Origin: Magnetovibrio sp.
GTDB lineage: Bacteria; Pseudomonadota; Alphaproteobacteria; Rhodospirillales; Magnetovibrionaceae
Assembly (NCBI GenBank): GCA_028281525.1
Contig: JANQJR010000071.1
Span: forward strand, 4,692 to 68,691
DNA length: 64,000 nucleotides
Direction of reading: 5' to 3'
Position numbers and translations under genes: made by a program. Below are positions 1-10,349 of this stretch, piece by piece. The notes under the pieces are model-generated. The model saw nothing but the letters and a program-made list of their open reading frames with translations. It had not been told where the DNA came from and made no database searches. The number at the start of each line of letters is the position of its first letter. Positions within the stretch are counted from its first letter, which is position 1.

Positions 1-1176
1 CTCGAGCACTTAACACACGCTCAAAACCTCGCACCCAAACGAGCGGATATACATTATCTGGTTGGAACAACGTTGCGCGCCCTGGGGCGGGAAGATGAGG
101 CAACGGATGCGTTCCGCCGCACCTTGGGGCTGGATTCCGCTTACGCCGGCGCATGGAAGATGCTTGCTGAACTGGGACAAATCCAGCCGGGTAAAGACAT
201 CGAAACGATAAAACGGATTTGCACTCAGCCATCTACAATCCCCGGCGATACAGCCAAGGCCCATTTTGCTTTGGCGGCATATTTTGAGAAATCCAAGGAT
301 TTTGACACCGCATTCGATCATTACCGCCAAGGCAACAACCTGATCCGCAAATCCCTAGACTACGACATTGCCAACGACGAATCCGCCATGGCGGATATTG
401 CAGAAACCTTCCAAAGCACACTGCTGGATAAGCTTGCCGGAAGCGGGCTGGACTCCTCACGCATGATTTTCATCGTCGGCATGCCCCGTTCCGGCACCAC
501 GCTGGTCGAGCAAATCCTGGCTGGGCATTCCCAGGTTTATCCTGCAGGTGAAACGCCCAACTTCCACAATGCGCTTGCAACATATGGCGAAAAAGGCGGC
601 AAAACCTTTCCTCTCAGTGCGGCGCACTGGGGACGCGAGGATGTGCACAACATCGGCCAGACATATCTTGAGGCAATTGGCGTTCTTAATAATTCATCCC
701 CATTCGTTACGGAAAAACTACCCGGCAACTTCCTATACTTGGGTGCGATACATGCCATCTTTCCACAAGCGCGTATTATCCATTGCCGACGGGATCCGAT
801 CGATACGTGCCTGGGAAATTACCGCCAACTGTTCACGTCCGGACAATACTTTTCCTACAGTCAGGACGACTTGGTTCGCTACTACAAAGCCTATGCACGC
901 CTCATGAAGCACTGGCATTCAGTGTTGGGGGACTGCATCATGGACATCCAATATGAACAACTGGTGGACGCCCCAGAACCCACTGCCCGGAAAATCGTTG
1001 CACATTGTGGCCTAGACTGGGAAGACGCTTGCATTGACGTCCGGAAGGCCTCTCGTCCTGTGCGCACCGCCAGCGCCACTCAAATCCGCAACGGCATTCA
1101 CTCCGGCTACGTTGAACGCTGGCGCAAATTCGAAAACCACATTCAGCCGCTGATCGAAGGCCTAAACGCCACATGA
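1..1176 (+). CDS. TPR-repeat sulfotransferase family protein (5'-truncated by window)
   Basis: Frame is open from base 1 (LEHLTHAQNLAPKRADIHYLVGTTLRALGRED, TPR-like). PAPS-binding motifs IFIVGMPRSGTTLVEQIL and IIHCRRDPIDTC; TEKLPGNF. Confidence 0.9.
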   Translation, partial: LEHLTHAQNLAPKRADIHYLVGTTLRALGREDEATDAFRRTLGLDSAYAGAWKMLAELGQIQPGKDIETIKRICTQPSTIPGDTAKAHFALAAYFEKSKDFDTAFDHYRQGNNLIRKSLDYDIANDESAMADIAETFQSTLLDKLAGSGLDSSRMIFIVGMPRSGTTLVEQILAGHSQVYPAGETPNFHNALATYGEKGGKTFPLSAAHWGREDVHNIGQTYLEAIGVLNNSSPFVTEKLPGNFLYLGAIHAIFPQARIIHCRRDPIDTCLGNYRQLFTSGQYFSYSQDDLVRYYKAYARLMKHWHSVLGDCIMDIQYEQLVDAPEPTARKIVAHCGLDWEDACIDVRKASRPVRTASATQIRNGIHSGYVERWRKFENHIQPLIEGLNAT

Positions 1177-1355
1177 AAATTACGTAAACAGAGTGGCGCG
1201 TTTTGCAAGCCCCTTGTCGTCTTGCGTTAGTGTCTCCATATCTGCTTCTTGTATAATTTCATGCGAATGCTGAAGTCATGCGCTTCCAGTCATTGCGGCA
1301 CATGGCCTTCTTGGCGTTACGCTATAGAACATCAACATCACGCCCGGAGAACGCC

Positions 1356-2423
1356 ATGCACCGATTGACCTTGCTTGTTGGGGCGATGTTCGCCCTCGGC
1401 GCCTGCGGTGAAACGCAAGAAGCCCAAACCCCGCAAGAAGAGTTGTTGCGCCCGGCGAAAATCGCCACCGCCGTTTCCGGCTCGGGTCAGCAGATCAAAA
1501 CGTTCCCGGGCATCACGGAAGCCACGCAAAAGTCCGTCCTGGCGTTTCGCGTCAGCGGTCAGATCATCGAACTGCCGGTGCGGTCGGGCCATGAAATCAA
1601 GCAAGGGGACCTGATCGCACGCCTGGACGATGCGCTGTATCGCAACACGCTTACGGACCGTAAAGCCACGTTCGAACTGGCGAAGACGGAATTGGACCGC
1701 CAGCAAACCCTGTACGAGCAAAAGCACGTCGCCAAATCCACCCTGGACGTCGCGCGTTCCGCCTTTCAAGCCGCCAAGGCTGCGCTGAAACAAGCGCAAG
1801 ACGATGTCGCGTACACGCGTCTCACCGCACCCTACGACGGCGTCATCAGCCGCATCGACGTGGACAATTTCCAAAACGTCCAGGCGCAAGAGCCCATTGT
1901 GCAGTTCGAAAGCATCGACAACATCGACGTGGTCTTCAACGTGCCCGAAAGCCTGTTTTTACGCATCAATGAAGACAACACCAATGGCGGGCATGTTCTG
2001 GTGCGCTTCGATGCATTGCCCGAACGTATCTTCGATGCCTGGTACCGCGAACACGAAACCCTGCCCGATGCTTCGACCCGCTCCTTCAAAGTCACGGTCA
2101 CGATGCCGAGACCCCAGGACTTGACCGTGCTGCCGGGCATGAGCGTCAACGTCGAAGTCGATTTGTCGCGCGTGCTAGGCGGCATGCCCGGGGTCCTGGT
2201 GCCATTGGAAGCGGTGTTCGAGGAAACCGGCCAAACCTGGGTGTGGAAGCTGGACGATGCCAACGTCGCGCACAAGACCGAGGTCACGGCGGAACGCATC
2301 GAAGGCGAAGGCGTGCTCGTCAGCGAAGGCTTGGGCGACGGTGACCGGGTGATCGCGGCGGGCGTCAGTTTTGTACGCGAAGGCCAAAAGATTCGTCCCC
2401 TCGTCAAAGAACGCGGCCTCTAG
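1356..2423 (+). CDS. RND efflux periplasmic adaptor (MFP) lipoprotein
   Basis: Lipobox LGAC; LAFRVSG lipoyl-like half; coiled hairpin; LTAPYDGVIS; start placed at the ATG after GGAGA (1346-1350). Confidence 0.92.
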   Translation: MHRLTLLVGAMFALGACGETQEAQTPQEELLRPAKIATAVSGSGQQIKTFPGITEATQKSVLAFRVSGQIIELPVRSGHEIKQGDLIARLDDALYRNTLTDRKATFELAKTELDRQQTLYEQKHVAKSTLDVARSAFQAAKAALKQAQDDVAYTRLTAPYDGVISRIDVDNFQNVQAQEPIVQFESIDNIDVVFNVPESLFLRINEDNTNGGHVLVRFDALPERIFDAWYREHETLPDASTRSFKVTVTMPRPQDLTVLPGMSVNVEVDLSRVLGGMPGVLVPLEAVFEETGQTWVWKLDDANVAHKTEVTAERIEGEGVLVSEGLGDGDRVIAAGVSFVREGQKIRPLVKERGL

Positions 2424-2434
2424 GGTTCAAACTC

Positions 2435-5400
2435 ATGACGCTCACCGAATTCGCCATTCGCCGAAAAACCGTAAGCTGGATGGTCACATTGCTGCTAATC
2501 GCCGGCGGTGTGATCGCGTTCTCAGGCCTCGGCCGCCTGGAAGATCCGGAATTCACCATCAAGCAAGCCGTGGTCGCCACCGAGTACCCCGGCGCGTCGG
2601 CGCGCGAGGTGGAGGAAGAGGTCACCCTGCCCCTGGAAAACGCCATTCAGCAGTTGGCCTATGTGGACAATATCCAGTCCATCTCGTCCGCCGGGCTGTC
2701 GCAGATCACGGTGGAAATGAAAAGCACTTACCGCAAAGCCGCGCTGGCGCAAATCTGGGACGAGATGCGCCGCAAGATTCGCGATATGGAAGGAGACTTG
2801 CCCCCCGGCGTGATCCAACCGGCCATCAACGACGATTTCAGCGATGTCTATGGTGTGTTCCTGGCCGTAACCGGTGCGGACTACGGCTATGAAGACTTGG
2901 CCGACTATGTCGATTTTCTGCGCCGGGAATTGGTCCTGGTTGACGGCGTGGGCAAGGTCGCCGTCGGTGGCCGGCGCGCGGAGCAGATCGTTTTGGAAGT
3001 CAACCGCGCCAAAGCCACAGCGCTCAACACCCCCTTGAGCGTGTTGGAAGACATCCTCGACAATCAAAACCTGGTCAGTGACGCAGGGCGCATCCAGGTC
3101 GGCAGCGAATACATCCGCATCAGTTCCACCAACGCCTTCAATTCGGTCGAAGACTTAAAGAATCTGATGCTGGGCCAAGCGGATGGACAAATCGTTTATC
3201 TCTCCGACGTGGCGACCATCAAACGCGACTATGCCGACCCGCCGACACATTCCTACCGTTTCAATGGGCAAGCGGCGTTGACCATCGGCGTTTCCTTTTC
3301 CAGCGGCGTCAACGTCGTGGACGTGGGAGAAGCCGTGCGCCAGCGTTTGGCGGAATTGGAATACGCGCGGCCCATCGGTATGGAAATCAGCACCATCTAC
3401 GACCAGCCCGCCCAGGTGGATCAGTCGGTCGACGACTTCCTTCTGAGTCTGGGGCAGGCGCTGAGCATCGTCATTGTCGTGCTGCTGGTCGCCATGGGCA
3501 TCAAATCCGGCATCTTGATGAGCCTGGTTTTGCTGCTCACCATCCTGGCGACGTTCATCGGCATGAACATATTCGCCATCGACCTGCACCGCATCTCGCT
3601 TGGCGCGCTCATCATCGCGCTGGGCATGTTGGTGGACAACGCCATCGTCATTACCGAAGGTATCTTGATCGGCTTGAAACGCAGCCTCACCCGTGTGCAA
3701 GCCGCGACACGGATCGTATCCCAGACCATGTGGCCCTTGCTGGGCGCAACGGTGATTTCGGTGACCGCGTTCGCCCCCATCGGTCTGTCGCCCGATGAGT
3801 CAGGCGAATTCACCGGTGCGCTGTTTTGGGTGCTGTTAATCTCGCTGCTGATCAGTTGGGTTATGGCCGTCACCATCACACCGTTCTTCGCCACCATCAT
3901 GTTCAAGGAAATCAAAACCGAACGCGAAGATAACGGCGAAATCGATCCCTACAAAGGCGTCTTCTATCAGGTATACAAAGGCGCCTTGCTTCTGGCGCTG
4001 CGTTTCCGTTGGGCCACCAGTGGGTTGATGGTCAGCGCGTTGGCGATGGCGATCTTCGGTTTCGGTTTCGTCAACCAGGCGTTTTTCCCGCCGTCGAACC
4101 TGCCCATGTTCACCGTCGACTATTGGCTGGCGGAAGGCTCCGACATCCGCACCACGGCGGAGGATATGGCCACCATTGAGGCGGCCATCGTCACGCACCC
4201 GGCGGTCACCCAGGTCACCACCACGGTGGGCCGCGGCGCGGAACGCTTTATGCTCACGTACGATGGGGAGCGTACCTATCCCAGCTACGGCCAGTTCATC
4301 ATCGAAGTGGACGATTTTTCCCAAGTCGCCCCCACCCGCGCCTGGGTCGACCAACACATCCGCGACAATGCCCCTCAGGCCTTCTTCAAATCCGACCGCT
4401 TCTTCATCGGTCCCGGAAACAAAGCCAAGATCGAAGCCCGCTTGAGCGGCCCCGACGCGGAAGTCTTGCGTCAACTGGCGGCAGACGTGGTGGAGATATT
4501 CCGCTCTGATCCGGCCGCCATCAATATCCGCCACGACTGGCGTGAGCGCACCAAAGTTCTGCGCCCCAGGTTCGCCGAGGCCGAAGCGCGACGCCTGGGC
4601 ATTTCCCGCACGGACTTGGACAACGCTCTGGCCACGAACGTATCCGGCAAGCAAGTCGGTTTGTTCCGCGACGGCTCGACCCTGCTGCCCATCATCGTTC
4701 GCCCGCCGGAAGCGGAACGCTCCACCGTCCAACAACTCGGCAACATTCAAATGCACAGCCCGGCTTTGGGTCAGGTCGTCGGCATCGATCAATTCGTGCA
4801 CGGCATCGATCTCGTCTGGGAAGATCCGTTGATCAAGCGCCGCGACCGCAAACGCACCATCCAGGTATGGGCCGACCCGGACCCGAACGGCGCGGTCAAT
4901 TCCTTCGCCCTGTTCGATCGTTTGCGCCCGCAGGTGGAAGCCCTGGACCTGCCCCCCGGCTACACCCTGACGTGGGGTGGAGAATACGAATCCCAACAAG
5001 ACGCCAACGCCGCCGTGTTCGAGTTCGTACCGCTGGGCGTGGTGGTGATGATCGCCATCACGGTACTGTTGTTCAATTCCGTCAAACAAACCATTGTCGT
5101 GTGGTTGACGGTTCCGCTGTCGATTATCGGCGTGACCACGGGACTGTTGGTGTTCAATCAACCGTTTGCCTTCACTGCATTGCTGGGTTTCTTGAGCCTG
5201 TCGGGCATGGTTTTGAAAAACGGCATCGTGCTGGTCGAGGAGATCAAACGCCTCAACGAACAAGAAAACCACACCATGCACGACGCCATCACCCAGGCCG
5301 CCGTCAGCCGGCTGCGCCCCGTGGTGATGGCGGCGATCACCACCGTGCTGGGCCTGATTCCGTTGTTGGCGGATGTTTTCTTCGCGCCTTTGGCGGTGAC

Positions 5401-5512
5401 CATCATGTTTGGCCTGGGTTTCGCCACCGTCTTGACGCTGATCGTCGTGCCGGTGCTCTTCGCCCTGTTCTACGGTGTGCGCTACCACCGCGCTGACCTG
5501 TCACGCCCCTAA
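2435..5512 (+). CDS. RND efflux permease (AcrB/AcrD/AcrF family)
   Basis: 1025 aa; GRLEDPEFTIK; GMLVDNAIV proton-relay motif; VLKNGIVLVE; SRLRPVVM; about 12 TM segments. Confidence 0.95.
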   Translation: MTLTEFAIRRKTVSWMVTLLLIAGGVIAFSGLGRLEDPEFTIKQAVVATEYPGASAREVEEEVTLPLENAIQQLAYVDNIQSISSAGLSQITVEMKSTYRKAALAQIWDEMRRKIRDMEGDLPPGVIQPAINDDFSDVYGVFLAVTGADYGYEDLADYVDFLRRELVLVDGVGKVAVGGRRAEQIVLEVNRAKATALNTPLSVLEDILDNQNLVSDAGRIQVGSEYIRISSTNAFNSVEDLKNLMLGQADGQIVYLSDVATIKRDYADPPTHSYRFNGQAALTIGVSFSSGVNVVDVGEAVRQRLAELEYARPIGMEISTIYDQPAQVDQSVDDFLLSLGQALSIVIVVLLVAMGIKSGILMSLVLLLTILATFIGMNIFAIDLHRISLGALIIALGMLVDNAIVITEGILIGLKRSLTRVQAATRIVSQTMWPLLGATVISVTAFAPIGLSPDESGEFTGALFWVLLISLLISWVMAVTITPFFATIMFKEIKTEREDNGEIDPYKGVFYQVYKGALLLALRFRWATSGLMVSALAMAIFGFGFVNQAFFPPSNLPMFTVDYWLAEGSDIRTTAEDMATIEAAIVTHPAVTQVTTTVGRGAERFMLTYDGERTYPSYGQFIIEVDDFSQVAPTRAWVDQHIRDNAPQAFFKSDRFFIGPGNKAKIEARLSGPDAEVLRQLAADVVEIFRSDPAAINIRHDWRERTKVLRPRFAEAEARRLGISRTDLDNALATNVSGKQVGLFRDGSTLLPIIVRPPEAERSTVQQLGNIQMHSPALGQVVGIDQFVHGIDLVWEDPLIKRRDRKRTIQVWADPDPNGAVNSFALFDRLRPQVEALDLPPGYTLTWGGEYESQQDANAAVFEFVPLGVVVMIAITVLLFNSVKQTIVVWLTVPLSIIGVTTGLLVFNQPFAFTALLGFLSLSGMVLKNGIVLVEEIKRLNEQENHTMHDAITQAAVSRLRPVVMAAITTVLGLIPLLADVFFAPLAVTIMFGLGFATVLTLIVVPVLFALFYGVRYHRADLSRP

Positions 5513-5619
5513 AAAAATAAAAAACGCCGCCCGCCGCTCTTGAGTGTTTTTGCTCTTAATGCTTTCGTTTATAATTGTTATACGTACCTTTGATTTCATT
5601 CGCGCAGCCAGGGGGGCAC

Positions 5620-6498
5620 ATGGATACGGGCAGCGCACGGTGGGTGTGTCTGTTTGCCATACTCATCGCATATTTCACATCACCGGGCACAGCGACCGCG
5701 CACGAGCAGGCGCGTACGGACGCTTTGATTCTGGCGATTCACCCCTATCGCGCGGCGGAAGACTTGTTGAACCGGTTTACCCCGCTGGCCCGCTATCTGG
5801 AAAACCGCATCGGCCACCCGGTCCAGGTGGTTGTATCCGCGAATTATGGTGCCCACATCAATCATGTCGGCAGAGGGGAGGCCGATATCGCTTACCTCGG
5901 GCCCGCGTCCTATGTCGAGCTGGTTCGGCGCTATGGCCCGCAAAATATTCTGGCGCGCCAAAGCGTCAACGGCAGTCCCACGTTTACCGGCAAGATCGTC
6001 ACGCGCGCGGACGGCACCGTCACCTCCATTCAGGATTTGCGCGGCAAACGCATGGCGTTCGGCGACCCGGTTTCGACCATGAGCCATTTGGTGCCGCATT
6101 ACATGCTGCTGCACGCCGGGGTGAGCAGCGCCGATTTGGCTGCGTATGAGTTTCTGGAAAATCACGACGACGTTGCCCTGGGCGTACTGATGGGCGTATT
6201 TGACGCTGGGGCATTGAAGGAAGCCGTTGCCGACAAATACCGCGATCAGGGCCTTGTCACGCTCGCGGAGACGCCGCGCATATCCGAACACCTGTTCGTT
6301 ACCAGATTCGGATTGAACCCAGACGTTCAAGAGGCGCTGCGCGAGGCATTGTTGAACCTGCATGAGGTCCCCGAAGGCGCACAGGTTCTGGGACGCATCA
6401 AAAGCGGCACCAATGCCTTTGTCCCGGCCGTGGATAGCGATTATGCAAACCTGCGCACGATTATCGATACTCTGCGCCACCACGGAGTTGTGCAATGA
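5620..6498 (+). CDS. PhnD/SsuA-like periplasmic substrate-binding protein (not in a transporter operon)
   Basis: Signal peptide; YLGPASYV, DLRGKRMAFGDPVSTMSHLVP and NHDDVALGV motifs; ATG after GGGGGG at 5611-5616. Confidence 0.85.
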   Translation: MDTGSARWVCLFAILIAYFTSPGTATAHEQARTDALILAIHPYRAAEDLLNRFTPLARYLENRIGHPVQVVVSANYGAHINHVGRGEADIAYLGPASYVELVRRYGPQNILARQSVNGSPTFTGKIVTRADGTVTSIQDLRGKRMAFGDPVSTMSHLVPHYMLLHAGVSSADLAAYEFLENHDDVALGVLMGVFDAGALKEAVADKYRDQGLVTLAETPRISEHLFVTRFGLNPDVQEALREALLNLHEVPEGAQVLGRIKSGTNAFVPAVDSDYANLRTIIDTLRHHGVVQ

Positions 6499-8681
6499 GC
6501 AAGCGAGGAGTCAACCTGACACCGCGCTATGCGGCGTTGATATCGATACTGGGCACCTTGAGCATATTGGCCGCCATCGCCTACACCGTTGCGATGGTGT
6601 TTTGGCACGACAGCTTGCGTAAGGAACAAATCGACCAGGTGTATGCGGAGCTGATGCTCGTCGATTACGCCGTCGAAGAGCAACTGCTGAAAAACCACTT
6701 CAACGACGCCAGGGACCTGCTGGAAGGGTGGGTCGCAGAGCATAAAATCATCTACCGCATCGACGCCGTGGCACCAAACGGTTTCACTATCATGTCATCC
6801 CAAAAACCTGGGACCCCGGAAGCCCTCTACACCATCGATCATGACATCGTTTACAGTCAACGCACGTTATTGACGATCAAGCTGACGCTGGACTTGAACA
6901 ACGTCGAGGCGCGTCTGGGCGAACTGCAACGCAAACTGCTCATCGTTTTTCCGCTCGCCATCCTTGTGCTGGGAATGTTCCTGTGGGGCGTTGTGCGCAA
7001 ATCGGCCATCATTCCGCTGGAGAAAGCCCAGAGCGAACTCAAATCCCAACAAGCCAAATTGGCTTCCACGGTTGAAGAGCGCACCAAAGACCTTCAGTCT
7101 GAAATCAAAACGCGCAGAACCGTTGAACGCGATCTTCGCATCAGCCGAGAGCATTACCGTCGCTTGATCGACGGACTGCGCGAACATTTTGTCTACTCCC
7201 ACGGCACCGACGGTGTCTTCTCGTATGTCAGCCCCTCCGTAGAACATATTTTAGGCTATACGCCGGAAGACTTTCTCAAACACTTCTCAACATACCTCAC
7301 GCCATCACCCATCAACGATGCGGTCGGGAAGAGGACCGCGCTGACCCTGCAAGGCCATCAACAATCCCCCTATCAGGTTGAAATCTTCGACAGCATGGGT
7401 GAGACTCGCCTGCTTGAGGTCGTGGAATCACCGGTGAGAAACGCAGAAGGCGCGATCATCGCCGTTGAAGGCGTTGCCCAGGACATCACGCTACGACGGC
7501 ACATGGAAGAAGAGTTGCGCAACGCGCTGGTGGATGCGGAGCGGGCGAATGAAGCGAAATCCGAATTCCTCGCCAGTATGAGTCACGAACTGCGCACCCC
7601 ACTGAATGCCGTCCTCGGCTTCAGCCAACTGCTGCAGATGGATAGCAGCCATCCCCTGAGCAACCACCAACTCGAACATGTTCAAAGCATACTGTCCGGC
7701 GGTCAACATCTGTTGGAACTGGTCAATCAGGTCCTTGATCTGTCCCGGATCGAAGCGAATCAGGCACCGCTGTTCCTGGAAGATGTGGATGCATCGGACC
7801 TCGTTTCGGAATGCATCGCCTTGAGCCTACCGCTGGCGGAAAAGAAGGATGTCACCATTCACAACACCCTGAACAACGTCAAGGACGTCATAATTCGCAC
7901 CGACCGGTTGCGCATGAAGCAGGTCGTGCTGAATCTGCTGTCCAATGCCATCAAATACAATCGTGACGGCGGCACCGTAACCATCTCGGACGAAACCGAT
8001 GACAGCAATTTCTGGCGGCTTTCCATCCAAGACACCGGCATGGGCATCGCCAAAGAAGACCAAGACCATGTCTTCCAGATGTTTCACCGTTTGGGCGAGG
8101 ACCCGACCATCTCCCGGGAGGGCACCGGAATCGGCCTAACGGTATGCCAGCTTTTGGTCGAACGCATGGCGGGCCGGATCGGTTTTGAGAGCGAACCGGG
8201 GCGTGGAAGTACGTTTTGGATTGAATTGCCGCTCAAACAAAACGACCAGATCGTCATCTGGGCCGATGCGTTGCGCATCAATGTTGACGTCATTGACGAC
8301 GATCACCAACGGATCGTCGCCATGATGAACAAACTTTCACAGAACAACCTCAGCCCGGAAGATGTCGACCGCACGGTGAGCGAACTGGTGGACCACACCC
8401 TGCATCATTTTCGCCGTGAAGAGGCGGTGATGGAAGCCTGCGGTTATCCGGATTTTGAAAGACACCGCGAACTGCACAGCAATCTTGCAGACAGGGTCAA
8501 GAACCTGGAGCGCCAATGGTGCGAACATCGCGACCCGAACTTTGCACTGGAGTTGCAAGGATTTCTGCGCGAGCTGTGGGTCGACCACGTCACCCAGGAA
8601 GACTGCCACATCTCCCAATACGCACGCGGGCGCGAAAAGGATATCCTCAAAGCCCTGGCCGATGTCAAAGGCGCGACTTAA
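6495..8681 (+). CDS. Membrane PAS sensor histidine kinase with C-terminal bacteriohemerythrin domain
   Basis: Two TM helices; PAS (YVSPSVEHILGY); HisKA MSHELRTPLN; HATPase N/G boxes; hemerythrin ligands DDDH, HHFRREE, HRELH, HVTQED. ATGA overlap with the upstream gene. Confidence 0.92.
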   Translation: MSKRGVNLTPRYAALISILGTLSILAAIAYTVAMVFWHDSLRKEQIDQVYAELMLVDYAVEEQLLKNHFNDARDLLEGWVAEHKIIYRIDAVAPNGFTIMSSQKPGTPEALYTIDHDIVYSQRTLLTIKLTLDLNNVEARLGELQRKLLIVFPLAILVLGMFLWGVVRKSAIIPLEKAQSELKSQQAKLASTVEERTKDLQSEIKTRRTVERDLRISREHYRRLIDGLREHFVYSHGTDGVFSYVSPSVEHILGYTPEDFLKHFSTYLTPSPINDAVGKRTALTLQGHQQSPYQVEIFDSMGETRLLEVVESPVRNAEGAIIAVEGVAQDITLRRHMEEELRNALVDAERANEAKSEFLASMSHELRTPLNAVLGFSQLLQMDSSHPLSNHQLEHVQSILSGGQHLLELVNQVLDLSRIEANQAPLFLEDVDASDLVSECIALSLPLAEKKDVTIHNTLNNVKDVIIRTDRLRMKQVVLNLLSNAIKYNRDGGTVTISDETDDSNFWRLSIQDTGMGIAKEDQDHVFQMFHRLGEDPTISREGTGIGLTVCQLLVERMAGRIGFESEPGRGSTFWIELPLKQNDQIVIWADALRINVDVIDDDHQRIVAMMNKLSQNNLSPEDVDRTVSELVDHTLHHFRREEAVMEACGYPDFERHRELHSNLADRVKNLERQWCEHRDPNFALELQGFLRELWVDHVTQEDCHISQYARGREKDILKALADVKGAT

Positions 8682-8884
8682 CCCTGCCGTTGGGGGAATA
8701 TGATTTTCTGAATAGCGGGCCCATAATCACACAGTATTTGCAGAGTGAAGCATGGGCACCACCAGAAATTGTGTTATGTATTATTTTATTTGAGCTGCCT
8801 CCTGCAAACTGCCAAAATTAAACCGTACCAGCTCAGCTTTCTTCCCATGAAATGGGGCGCCACCCAGCCACCATGGAGGCCGAA

Positions 8885-9412
8885 ATGCATCGGGACAGCT
8901 TTACCGCGTATGATCTTCACAGCCTCAAAATCATCATCGTTGACGACAATCAGCACATGAGGCAGCTTGTGCGTCAACTCCTGCATGCTTTTGGCATCCG
9001 CAATGTCCGCGAAGCGGAAGACGGCGCGAGCGCACTTAAGCTTCTCCAAGTTTTTGAAGCCGACATAGCGATCTGTGATTGGAGTATGTCGCCACTCGAC
9101 GGCATAGAATTCACGCAGATGGCGCGCAAATCCTCGGATTCGAGAAACCCGTTTCTGCCCATCATCATGTTGACGGGCCATACCGAAAAGCACCGTGTCG
9201 AAGAAGCAAGAGACGCAGGTATAGATGAGTTCCTGTCCAAACCCATCTCGGCCTCTTCGCTGTATGGCCGCATGGTTTCCATCATCGAACACCGCCGCAA
9301 CTTCGTCCAGTCAAGCACCTACTTCGGCCCCGACCGGCGCAGGCATGGTCACGACAGAAGCTATAACGGCCGAGAACGCCGCAATACATCTGAGATGGCG
9401 CTGGCCAGTTAA
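8885..9412 (+). CDS. CheY-like receiver with arginine-rich C-terminal tail (Cle-like c-di-GMP effector)
   Basis: IIIVDD..ICDW..FLSKP receiver motifs; tail YFGPDRRR...YNGRERR; GGAGG at 8875-8879. Confidence 0.85.
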   Translation: MHRDSFTAYDLHSLKIIIVDDNQHMRQLVRQLLHAFGIRNVREAEDGASALKLLQVFEADIAICDWSMSPLDGIEFTQMARKSSDSRNPFLPIIMLTGHTEKHRVEEARDAGIDEFLSKPISASSLYGRMVSIIEHRRNFVQSSTYFGPDRRRHGHDRSYNGRERRNTSEMALAS

Positions 9413-9424
9413 AACAGCTGCCCT

Positions 9425-9847
9425 TTAGTCTGCCGCACAGGGCCCCATGTCGCGTTTTTGACAGCCTTCCCCCACGCTTTCTTCTTGCGGCAAATCGATG
9501 CCAATACCGCTCAACAACGTCCCGGGCTGAAAGCCGGCGGCCATGCCCTGCAAGGTGCGCAGCAGAGGACGGCGGATCAGCACCGGCTCCGCGATCAAGA
9601 CGGTCAGCGCAGCGGCTTCGTCGAAGCATGCCGGATCAATCTCACCGGACTTGACCTTCACCGCGCTTTTGTTGAACCAGTCCGACACCGGTTGGTCACC
9701 AAAGAAGGGGCGCAGCGTCTTGGGCGTCCACGGCTCGCTCAGCAGATCTTTGATCCGCAGGGTATAGCCAAGCGCCTCCAGGTGGGCGCGCTGTTTGGCG
9801 TTGCCTTTGCATCCGGGTTTTTCGAAAAACTCGACGACGGCGCTCAT
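9425..9847 (-). CDS. ArsC/Spx-like nitrogenase-associated family protein
   Basis: MSAVVEFFEKPGCKGNAKQRAHL...PVLIRRPL; ATGA overlap with the cyaY stop. Confidence 0.75.
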   Translation of the reverse strand: MSAVVEFFEKPGCKGNAKQRAHLEALGYTLRIKDLLSEPWTPKTLRPFFGDQPVSDWFNKSAVKVKSGEIDPACFDEAAALTVLIAEPVLIRRPLLRTLQGMAAGFQPGTLLSGIGIDLPQEESVGEGCQKRDMGPCAAD

Positions 9848-10170
9848 GCCAGACTGACCTTTTGACCCGCGAGTTGACTCAACTCGGCACCCAACACGTC
9901 GAGCAACGCTTCCCCACCCCGTGTCGACACCCATGTTCCGGCTTCCAAATCGAATGCGTAATGTGCGGCGCCGCTGACCGGAGACGACAACCAGATTTGC
10001 TTGTTGGGCGCATGCTTATTGATCACGTACTGGCGGCCATCCTCCAATTCGATGGTCAGGATCGCGTTTTCGAAATCCACATCGGCATCGCCGCCGATGG
10101 CGTCATCGATCGCCTCAAACAGATTTTCCAGGGTTTCATCGGCCAAATTCTCGAATTCAGTGGCGTCCAC
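9844..10170 (-). CDS. cyaY: Frataxin-family iron donor CyaY
   Basis: ILTIELEDGRQYVINKHAPNKQIWLSSPVSGAAHY frataxin signature. Confidence 0.95.
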   Translation of the reverse strand: MDATEFENLADETLENLFEAIDDAIGGDADVDFENAILTIELEDGRQYVINKHAPNKQIWLSSPVSGAAHYAFDLEAGTWVSTRGGEALLDVLGAELSQLAGQKVSLA

Positions 10171-10349
10171 GGGCCCTCTCCAACTCAGCAGGGGTTTCTC
10201 GGATGTCCGGTTTTTGATGTCTTAATCTTCATATACGTACACCACAAGGTAAATGCAGGCATTGAAATAAATTTGCAAAACCCCTGTTCTTCCCTTGCCT
10301 TACGTCCGGCGCTTGGTTATATAAGCGCTCTGTTTTTTGGAGTTCAGTG

